DNA of 64,000 nt from Octopus vulgaris. Its lineage: Eukaryota. This document shows positions 49,701 to 61,700 of the stretch, piece after piece (positions within the stretch are counted from its first letter, which is position 1; each line of letters begins with the position of its first letter). Under the pieces are notes generated by a model. That model was not told where the DNA came from. It saw only the letters and a list, made by a program, of their open reading frames with translations, and did not search any database. The stretch is taken from contig OX597824.1 in assembly GCA_951406725.2 (NCBI GenBank), forward strand, positions 86,180,001 to 86,244,000, read 5' to 3'. The translations under genes were made by a program, and so were the position numbers.

Positions 49701-52700
49701 TTCGAGCGAGGTCGTTGCCAGTATTGCGTGACTGGCCCTCATGCCGGCGGCACGTAAAAGCAATCACTACACTCTCAGAGTGGTTGGCATTAGGAAGGGC
49801 ATCCAGTTGTAGAAACAGTGCCAGATCAGATTGGAGTCTGGTGCAGCCATCTGATTCGCCAGTCCTCAGTCAAATCGTCGAGCATGGAAAGCAGACGTTA
49901 AACAACGCCGCCGCCGCCAACGATGACGACGACAACGATTCAGGCTTTGATTGATTAGGGAAAACACATGGCTGAACAACATTAAAGCAAAACATTGAAA
50001 AAATAAAGGGATCTAATTAGGAATCTGATCAACTGCGGTTCAACAATCAAAACATACAATCTAAACTATCTAAACATACACTCAAAAAAGGGATTTGATT
50101 AGGGCTTGATAAAACAGGGTTAACATAGGGTTGAACAATAAAAAAAATATGTCCAAAAATATTCGAACAGGGAATTAAAAGAGGTACCAAAAAGGATTTG
50201 ATTAGGGGCTACACTGATTGATTAGAACTTGGGGTTGAAGATTAATTAATCAAAACATTAAAACAACATAAAAAAAAAGAAACATAATGTAAGCTTACCT
50301 GCACAGAGAACCAAGATTGCCGAAGTTCCATCTGCCTGCTTTCGATGGTCTTGTTCTTATACTCAATGGCAGCGTCAAGTTCTTCAACAGCCTCCTCTAG
50401 CTCTATTAACCTACAAGTGATAGGGAAGGGTTCAGCATCACACAGCAGAGCAGCATCCCAGCTCATGCCAGACACACAAAGGTGAGGAGCTTTAGAATTC
50501 TAAGGCCTCATGTAAAACACTAACAGAACGAGTCTTTCTACCTGTCTGTGTCCTTCTCTGATTGACTATCAGAGTGTCAGCCTATCTCTCTGTCTCTCTC
50601 TCTTATTCCCTCTTTCACTCTATGACATTAGAGTACTCTAAAGTATTCTATTACAATATAGTACTCTAATGCAATAAAGTACTCTATTACAACAGAGTAC
50701 TCTTATATACTCCATTACAATAGAGTACTCTAATATACTCTATTGCAATAGAGTACTCTATTACAACAGAGTACTCTAATGTACGCTATTGCAATAGAGT
50801 ACTCTAATGCACTCTATTGCAATAGAGTACTCTAATGCACTCTATTGCAATAGAGTACTCTAATGCACTCTATTGCAATAGAATACTCTATTACAACAGA
50901 GTACTCCAATGTACTCTATTACAATAGAGTACTCTAATATACTCTATTGTAATATCAGTGATTCTCAACCGTTTCTTTTACCTGTGTACCCCTTTGATTC
51001 CTATTTTACTCAGGTGGACCCTCCTTGCCTTTCGATGTTTTAAAATAATCGTATTACATTTTTATAATTAAATATTATTAGGAACTGTATAAAAATGTAT
51101 TGATGAGACCATAACCTGTGGCCTATACCTGTGGTGTAACCAGCCCACTCAGGCATACCTTTCCTTCATTGGACACTAAACCCTGCTTGTGAAGACCTGT
51201 TCTTCTGACAATTCCGTTAATCCACTGCTATGGCCCGTTTCTTTATATTCTTTATATATCAGCCCTGAAATTATGAGAAGCAAAACCGATGTTGGCAACC
51301 CTGAGCTCAGAGAGCTTGAATGATTACCAGAAGGCATTCGTTCTTGCATTGACATGCTTTGGTTGCTCAACTCTTGCTAAAGCTATAGGAGTACCACAGG
51401 GGCATACAGTGCATCTGGAGCATTTAAACTTGGGTGGAATCTTTCTCTCTCTAGGTTTGACTACAGTCGATTTCTTAGCGAAAGAGAAAGAGAGATTCAA
51501 TGAAAAATAAATAAAAATAACAAGCTGGTAGAAAAGGAAAAATGAAAAAATCTAAGTTGAAAGAACCGAATTGTAAGCAACAAGCAGGTACAGAGAATAG
51601 TAACAGAGAAAGCGATGAGAAGAATACCTGGTGGTATTAAAAGTGTCACTCCAAATAGATCTGATGAGTTGTGGTGCACCTGAGGCATTGTTTATATAAA
51701 ATTCATAATTATTCTGTGCCGGTGGCACATAAAAAGCACCATCCGAACGTGGCCGATGCCAGCGCCGCCCTGACTGGCTTCCGTGCTGGTGGCACGTTAA
51801 AAGCACCAACCGATTGTGGCTGATGCCAGACTCCCCTGGCACCTGTGCTGGTGGCACATAAAAAGCACCATCCGAACGAGGCCAATGCCAGCGCCGCCTG
51901 ACTGGCTTCCGTGCTGGTGGCACGTTAAAAGCACCAACCGATTGTGGCCGATGCCAGACTCCCCTGGCACCTGTGCTGGTGGCACGTAAAAAGCACCATC
52001 CGAACGTGGCCAATGCCAGCGCCGCCCTGACTGGCTTCCGTGCTGGTGGCACGTTAAAAGCACCAACCGATTGTGGCCGATGCCAGACTCCCCTGGCACC
52101 TGTGCTGGTGGCACGTAAAAAGCACCCACTACACTCGTGGAGTGGTTGGCGTTAGGAAGGGCATCCAGCTGTAGAAACTCTGCCAGATCAGACTGGAGCC
52201 TGCTGCAGCCTCCTGGCTTCCCAGACCCCGGTCGAACCGTCCAACCCGTGCTAGCGCGGAAAACGGACGTTAAACGATGATGATGATATTGAGTGAGAAA
52301 GCAGTGCATGCCATCAAAGTGACACTGGGGTAAAATATACGAAGCGCAGTATACCCATCGTGACTACCCGTCTGATAAGGGTACAACAAGGCACATGCAT
52401 CACAACCATAAGCCAGGGGTGTAACCAGCCCACTTGTGTGTACATTGGACACTGCTTGCAAAGACCTGTTGAGGCAAGTGAAATCGAAATCAAATTCGAT
52501 GACTGGCATCCGTGCTAGTGGAGCACTAAGAGTACCATCCAAGTGTGATCGTTGCCAGAGTGGCTAACTGGTGTTCGTGCTGGCAACACATAAAAAGCAC
52601 CATTTGAGCGCGATCATTACCAGTGTCACCTTACTGGCACTTGTGCCGGTGTGCAGGTGACATGTAAAAAAAAAAAACGATTTTTTTGTGGCTGTTGCCA

Positions 52701-55700
52701 GTACTGCCTGACGCCCTCATGCCGGTGGCACGTAAAAGCACTCACTACACTCTTGGAATGGTTGGCTTTAGGAAGGGCATCCAGCTGTAGAAACTCTGCC
52801 AGAACAAGATTGGAGCCTGGTGCAGCCATCTGGTTCAACAGTCCTCAGTCAAATCGTCCAACCCATGCCAGCATGGAAAGCAGACGTTAAACGATGATGA
52901 TGATGATTTCGTTTTGGGATTTGGTTTGCAAGATTCTTTATATGAGTTTGTGTGTTGAAGCATATTCTGTTGTGTCTGGGGAGAGTCATTTTCTTTTGTG
53001 CCTTATAATGTAACACACTCACCAGTAAAATTTCCACCTACTTCTTATTTTTATTTTCCTAAAATTTTCGTTGCGTCTTGCAACTTTTTCAATAGTCTTG
53101 ACTCGGTCCGTTATTTACACTGCGTTCCTTTTTGTTTGTTTGTGTGCATGTGTGGGTCAGTGTGTGTGCCTATGCATGCATGCATGTACGTATGTATGTG
53201 TGTATGTGTGTGTGTATGTATGCATGTGTGTGTATGCATATGTATATATGTATGTGTGTGCATCTGTATGTATGTATTCTGCATATTCATGTGTTTGCAT
53301 GTCCGTGTTTGTGTATTTTTTTATGTATGTGTGTATGTGAGCATGTGTTTGTATATGTATGCACCTCTGTTTCCTTGTGTGTGCATGTCTGTTTCTATGT
53401 ATGGATGTGCATCTCTATAAGTGTGGACCCATGTCTCCATATGTGTCTGTTCTTATAGCCTATGTACCTATCCGGCTACATGTTGATCTGTTTATTTTCA
53501 TATCCATATGTTTACATATATGAGCACACACACACACACACACTCACACCCACACATACATCTATCTACATAACATCCCACTAACTATTCTACTCTACCT
53601 GTGAAAACTGTGGGTTTGGAGGTATGATATCTACTATGTATATTTCCCATTTAGTATTGGGAAAATTTCATTTATAAGGACATACTCCCGTATTTGGCTC
53701 AGTGTTGGGTCTTTTGGGTGCTTGGATAAGATGCGGATGTCAAGTTGACCCAAGTTGCCTCCATGGTGGGTCTTTGGCATGCTGGTAGAGTATGGAGGAC
53801 TGTTTTTTTGTCATCATATTGTCTCAGATGTTCATTGAGTCATTCCGCAATGCTCCTAGATGTCTCCCCTATGTATGTCATGTTCATGTCTTTACAAGCA
53901 CCTTCTATGCATCTTATGCTGTAAACTACATTTTGAGTTCTACAGTTAATCCTACATACCTTGCAGTTATCATATGGTATTCTCAAAGGGGTACATCCTA
54001 CATTGTTGTGATCTGATGGAGGTCCCTGGCTTTTCAACAATCTTAGTGTTGAGTTTGGTCTCCTTCAGAGCTTTTCTAAATCTACGGGCTAGTTCTCCAT
54101 GGGCTGTGGCTTCTACAAACATCGCTCCTTGATATTTGTCCATTTTATACCACATGTTTGCCCTGTTTGCTTTGTCACAAGCTCTTTCTATCCTATTCCA
54201 TATGTTTATTAACCAAAAAATGGTTAATAAACATATATTTGGTCTCACTGTGATAATATATAAGCCATGGATAAACAACAGGAGTTTTGGCAATTAAAAG
54301 TGAGTGTCATCCAACTAGAGCCATCTTTCTTAAGGCTAGTCATGTGACCCTTACTTTTAACTACTGAAGCTCCTATGGTTTATCCACAAGTTACATTGCT
54401 ACACTGAGACTAAGTATATGTTTATTAAACATAATATTTATAATTTCCAAACATAAGACACCTGTTTCTGTCCCTCCATTATACTTTAATCTTTCATCAC
54501 CTGGCTTCAAGACACATCCCTCCTCAATGCTACAACTCCTCCTGGGTGGGGGTCTTTGTGTTGTGAGCTATTTGGTGACCTCACTAATACCAGCATCACA
54601 TAAAATCCACCCCGTACACTTTGTAAAGTGATTGTATTAGGAGGAACATCTAACCATAGAAACCATACCAAAATAGACATCGGGGCTTGGTGCAGTCTTC
54701 TGGTCTGCTGGTTCCAGTTAAACTGCCCGGTGCATGCTAACATGAAGGAGGTAAAGGTATGATGGAAGGACAGGAAGAACCTTTCTCAAACGCCATCAAT
54801 AACTTCAGATCTTTAACCCTTTGGTGTTCAAATTTCTCTATTAAATGTAATACTTTTTCACTCAAATTGTTTTGAATTAATCATGCATTATGTTATAGCT
54901 TTGAGGTTTCAATGACGTGATAGATTATTTTTAGAATGTCACTGTAGGTTAGGTGTGAGAGGCTAAATATGGCCAGTTTGAATATTAAACATGTAGAATA
55001 TTTGGGCCGGATATGGCCAGTTGAAACACTAAAGAGTTAAGGGAGCGTTTCTAATGGCAAGGGTGACAAGAAAGTATTTAACTCCATGCAGCAAAAGATT
55101 TCATTTGTAGTTAAGGTGACCTCCAACCATGAAACATCTTACTCTCTTTACTCTCACTTTTACTCTTTTACTTGTTTCAGTCATTTGACTGTGGCCATGC
55201 TGGAGCACCGCCTTTAGTCGAGCAAATCGACACCAGGACTTATTCTTTGTAAGCCTAGTACTTATTCTATCGGTCTCTTTTGCCGAACCGCTAAGTTACG
55301 GGGAAGTAAACACACCAGCATCACTTGATAAGCGATGATGGGGGGACAAACACAGACAGACACACATACATATATATATACATATATACGACGGGCTTCT
55401 TTCAGTTTCCGTCTACCAAATCCACTCACAAGGCTTTGGTCGGCCCGAGGCTATAGTAGAAGACACTTGCCCAAGGTAGCACGCAGTGGGACTGAACCCG
55501 GAACCATGTGGTTGGTAAGCAAGCTACTTACCACACAGCCACTCCTTATGAAAAATAAAAAAAAGCTATAAATTTGTTGCAAACAGATGAAATAAACAAA
55601 ATAAGACTGTCATCCAGAAATATGAAAGCTTGTATTTATTTTTATTAGTATTTTCACAGCGTGCATTTTTATTAGTATTTTCACAGTATTAACTTGATCA

Positions 55701-58700
55701 AAAGCATGTGCAGCAATCAGCTCTGGATCTACGGTGCAGTGAAGAAGAGAAGAAGCAGTGCAAAAATGCCATGAAGAGTGGAAATGGAAGAAAGCAGCCT
55801 TACCGTCTCTCCTCTTGATTACTAAGCAAACATCCATCAGTCAGTTTCTCATCAAGGGTTGCCAGTTGCTCCTTAAGATTGGTACGAACCTGCTTTAATT
55901 TATCGATTTCTTTCTGTACATTCTCTTCCTGGTCTTGGGACGCTTTGATCATCTCCAGCTTTTTGGTCTCTATCGTCTTCTCAACCGACACCAGTTTTGC
56001 AGACAAACCCATCAAATCCTAGAAATATTGTGTCAGAAAATAATTTTAAAAACCGAAACATAACGAGATGCAAAGAAAAACACCTGGAAAATCTTCAGAA
56101 GGAATTTTTGCCTCTATTATCTCATCAATGTCAGTGGATGTTTGGAAAAGTGCCCTAAATGCACCCTGGGATTGTGTGCAAGCAGCAGGTAGAAGGGCTA
56201 GGAATAAAGACTTCTCAACCTTTGTCTAAAGAGCAAGCTTTCTTTATTTGCAATGAGTTGTGAATATACAATTGCATTGTATAATACATAACATGCATAT
56301 TAATGCAAACATGTAAACAGGGTTTTATTCCGCACCAAAATTATTACTGCATGGAGAAAGCTGCGAAACAGCTGTAATCCTAAGAATGTTAAGTGGTTAA
56401 ATGAATATATTTATCTCTTATATATCCTGACTTAAAAGTTTCTCCTACAGGATCAAGCTGTAGGTAGTTTAGAAAGAGTTTCCATTTCATTAGAAGATAG
56501 GGACAGATTAGGACATCCACGATTCAAAGTGATTGACCTGAAGACATGGTAAGCTTAGCACTAAATAGTGTTGTAGGTACTGCACAGATTTCTTGTGATT
56601 CCTGACAAAACTAACCAGGACAAACTTCAACACACACAAAGAGTTGGTTGTAAACCTGGCTTTAAGTTAGGGGGATATAAACACACCAACATCGGTTGTC
56701 AAGCGATGTTGGGGGGACAAACACAAACGCATAAACACACACACACATACATATAAATTTACATATTTACATATTTATGAGCGAAAACACCTAAGCTCCA
56801 TGCGGCTCCGGCAGAAGGTAATGGCGAACTTCTGCTGACTCTTTCACCACAACTTTCTCTCACTCTTTCCTCCTGCATATTGCAGCTCATCTGTGATGGA
56901 CTGGCATCCCATCCATGTGGGGAACCCATACGCCAAGGAAACAGACCCTTATGAGCCATGCATGGCTTAAGAAGAAGGAATATACATGTGTATGTAAATA
57001 TATATATATATATATATATATATAGGTGGAGGAGTGGCTGTGTGGTAAGTAGCTTGTTTACCAACCACATGGTTCCGGGTTTAGTCCCACTGCATGGCAC
57101 CTTGGGCAAGTGTCTTCTACTATAGCCTCGGGCCAACCAAAGCCTTGTGAGTGGATTTGGTAGACGGAAACTGAAAGAAACTCGTCGTATATATGTATAT
57201 ATATATGTGTGTATGTGTGTGTTTGTGTGTCTGTGTTTGTCCCTCTAGCATTGCTTGACAACCAATGCTGATGTGTTTACGTCCCCGTCACTTAGCGGTT
57301 CGGCAAAAAAGACCGATAGAATAAGTACTGGGCTTACAAAAGAATAAGTCCCAGGGTCGAGTTGCTCGATTAAAGGCGGTGCTCCAGCATGACCACAGTC
57401 AAATGACTGAAACAAGTAAAAGAGTAAAAGAGTAAAGAGTATATATAAGTGTATGCGTGTGTGTGTGTGGGGGGGGTTCTTTTCTTGACATCATGTCTGG
57501 CCATGGGGAAATATTACCTTGCATGGAAACAGGTGTGGGTTGGTGATAGTAAAGGCATCTGGCCATAGAAAACCTGCCTCAGTAAAGTCTGTGTTACCCA
57601 TGCAATCATGGGAAAGTGAATATTAAAACGATGACGATGACGATGATGATGACAATACTATGGCAAATATAGTAATGCACCTCAGTTCTGGAATACATAC
57701 CTAGAATATAATATAGATTCTGAGGCTTTTGAACTACATCATCAAAGGACTATAAGACCAGGTCAATCACAGTAACATTGCTTTCAACTTATCTAACCAA
57801 CCAATCCAGCTGACTATTTCTGTCTGACCGGTTTTTGTTAAAGCCAGTTTGACTGACCACCGGCCTTGTCTATTTCATAACGCTTTTAATCCAGCCAGTT
57901 TGTGTATCACATTGGCTCATCTATTTGACCATGGCATTTCAATAATGATCATAAGAGAACCACCTCTCTCTATATAAAGCTGAAGTTGCCTGTGTGTGGC
58001 AGGTTTGGTAGCCTTCAACTAACACGATCTCCTCCAAGACCCTGCGGCGCAAGTTGACCAAAATTGAGAGTATGATAGAAGAAGGCTTGCTCTTCATTCC
58101 GTAGAAGAAAAAAATCAAATCGGACCATGTTAACACCAAAAATTATTTACATCAAAAAGGTGCATTTTTTCTATGAAAATCCCTATTTTTTACGATTTTT
58201 TTACTGCTGTGTCACCATTTTTCGGAGTATTTCAACCAGAAAAATGTTCACTTAAAGAGAATAACAAGCTACATAAGCAAAAGTTTTACTTTTCAAAAAT
58301 TCCAATTCTAAAGGGTGGAAACAAACCCGAGCAACGCTGGGCGATACTGCTAGTTAGACAATGAAACTAGACTTTAAAGAAAAGAACAACCTTATTCATA
58401 ATCTGACTTGACCGCAATTTCTTGATTTCCAATTCACTTTTCTCAACCAACATGGCTTCCCTGTTGCTGATTATGTCTTCTTTTCTTTGCAGTTCCTGAA
58501 ATTGAAGAGCACAAGCACTTAAATATTAAAATTATCTCCCCTTTTCTTTATAAGTTGCCAATAATTTACGCTAGGTGTTGGTTTAATTTGTGCAACTAAG
58601 AGGGAAATATTTTTCTCCTTTCTTTTCTTTCTTTTTTTTTTTGCATGAAACATTAAGTATATCCTGTTATGTCTGGGGAGAGTCATTTTCTTTTTGTGCC

Positions 58701-58770
<70 letters not shown>

Positions 58771-61700
58771 AATCTTGCAAACCGAATCCAAAAACGAAAT
58801 ATTAAGTATATCACCACTTAAAATATATATTTATTCAAAATTCGTGGTATTGGCCCATTTGAGTTATTTCCCTTATTTATATATTGTTTAATTATGCAAA
58901 TAACACTGACCAATAATTATTTGTATATGTAACAATTATTTTCTGTAAAGTGGTTTGCATTTGGAAGGGTATCCAGCTCTAAAAACCATGCCAAAACTGA
59001 CCTCGCCTGTGCCATGCCACCTAAAAAGCACTCAGTCTACACTGCGGAGTGGTTAGTATTAGGAAAGGCATTCAGCTGTAAAAACCACGCCAAAACTAAC
59101 ACAGAAGTCTGGTGCAGTCTGCCTGGCCGGCTCCTGTTAAACTGTCCAACTCATGCCAGCAAGGAAGGTGGACATTAAAAAATGAAGATAATGAAGATGG
59201 AAAATCTTCGTGAATAGACCAAACAAGGTTTCAGTAGACTACGCTGTGCTGATGAGGAGTAACAGACTGAAATATGTCCATAGTTGTCCTTTCCCAGCAA
59301 ACAAAGATAAATAAGACTTTCCTTCCTCTAAACGTATAAATTAACTCTTAGAATTTAATTCTTCATTTATTGAAATTACTTTCCTTTCTCTTTGACAGTC
59401 TCTAATAATTGCTGCTAGACTTTTACTTTTTTGATTTTGCTCTCTTTCTCCAACTACGAGGGACATTTCAATTAATTAGGAGTTTTTTTTTTAAATAAGG
59501 CAATTAGCATATAAACCCTATAACTTACTTTAATGCTGCTGAAAGGTTCATTTTGCCTTTCATCATTTCAGAATCAATAAAATAAGAATCATTTGGACAT
59601 TGGGGATGATGTAATTGGATATGAGTGTAAAAAAAAAAATAAAAATAAAAAAAACTGCAACCCTCTGCTATGCCATGTTGAGCCAGTGTGGCGGGGGGGG
59701 GGGGGGTCATCAAACCAGTATGATTTCAAGTTCAAATTCATGGCCACCACATCAGACTGTGGATGGAAGAGCGAACATGCTGAGGCCTTTGTCCTGCAGT
59801 GGACTGAGCATCAGCAATTCAATCCAATCCAATCCAATCCAACCCAAAAGCACATTATATAGGGCCAATTTTGCATATAGGGCACAAAGTGATATTTTGA
59901 GACATTTTTTTATTGGGGAAAAGTGTGTCTTATATGCCATCAAATATGGTAATATAAGAAATTCACTGCATTTTGTCCCTGGAAAACACTATTTTGAGCA
60001 ACTCAGTCAACTTAGCTGTATACAGGTGCCACGGGGAATTAAAGTTCATTGGTGTAGGCAGTAGATACACTACTACTACCAAGGGTTTCATTAGCTTACA
60101 ATATTGATCTTAATTCATACCAAGGGTGTTGTAAAAGCAACAGGAAATTACTGAAGGGGAATCTTTTAATGATGTCCCCACCAAACCAGTAGGTTATGAG
60201 GTTATAACAAAACATAAGTTTAACACCCTTCAAATTTTTTAGTAAAACAAAAAAGACATAAACAGCAAACCTTCTGAAGTTCTTCAAGCTGTTGGCGCTG
60301 GTCTAGTATTTTCTCAACTTCAAGGTCCAGCTGTCGTTTCTTCTCCTCCATCGAGTCATGGTTACCACTGCCAGAAACAGAAGAGAGTTTCGAATAATTT
60401 CCCCTTACCACTACCATCACCATCACCATCAACACCATCATTCCCACCACTGCCACCATGGAGGCACATGGCCTAGTGGTTAGAGCAGCGAACTTGCGGT
60501 CGAGGGATTGCGGGTTCGAATCTCAGACCAGGCGATGTGTGTGTTCATCAGCGAAACACCTGAGCTCCACGCGGCTCCGGCAGAAGGTAATGGCAAACTT
60601 CTGCTGACTCTTTCGCCACAACTATCTCTCACTCTTTCCTGCTGCATCTTGCAGCTCACCTGCGACAGACTGGTGTCCCGTCCAGGTGGGGAACCTATAC
60701 GCCAAGGAAACTGGGAAACAGGCCCTTATAAGCCAGGCATGGCTCGAGAAGGAACAAACAACCACTGCCACCATAACCATCAACATCAAGAATAACAGTA
60801 ATCAGAAAAGGAAACTTTGATGGAAGTTTCCTTTCTGAGTCACATGAAGGTGAGGTCATATGAAGCCGAAAATAAGGCAAACTGATATTGCCCTTCAAAA
60901 CTACTTCATTTTAGGTGCCAAAACTCTTTAAATTTGTGACTTTCTGCTGGGCTCCAAGTTTGCATAATATTACAAAAGAGATGATCATGATTAGAATTAA
61001 AAAGAAAAAAAAGAATATCAACAAAAATTTTTTAAAATACTAATACATATATGGATGCATTGTAATAATATAGTTTAAAATTGTACGCTGTCACCCACCC
61101 ACCAAAAAAAAAAAAGACAGAGGCAGGTGAGAAAACAACAAATAAGGTGTATTAGTTTGATGCTCAGGGAAAATGGAAGAAGTCTTTGATGTTTCAAACC
61201 TATGCTCTTGTACAGAAGGGAATGAAGAAAAGAGAAATGGAAAAAGAAGAAAAAAATAGAGAGAAGTGTGTCTGGATTAACAGTTCCACACGTTGAATAT
61301 GTTTGTGTGTGTGGGGAGGGCTTGAAATTATACAAAGAATGAAAGACAGGTGAGAGAACAACAAACAAGATGTATTAGTTTAACGCTCATGGAAAATGGA
61401 AGAAGTTTTTGATGTTTCAAACCTATGATCTTCTACAGAAAGGAATGAGGATGGGAAACAATGGAGAGAGGAAAAAAATGGAGGGAGAGAAAAAGATGTC
61501 TGGATTAAAAATTTCACATATACATCAAAGACAAACTATGAACCAGTGACCTTTTGGTCTGCTATCAAGCACCATAATGACTTAAACAGACACTTGTTCT
61601 CAATGCACACTCACTCAGCATCATCATCATTTAACATCCGTTGTCCATGCTGACTGGTTTGACCAGGCCTGGCAAGGTGAGGGGCTGCACCAGACACCAG

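Noticed and set aside
51714-52125. CRISPR-like repeat-spacer appearance (also 29406-29832)
   Set aside because: The intervening sequences are themselves repeated, there are no cas genes, and the context is a eukaryotic intron.
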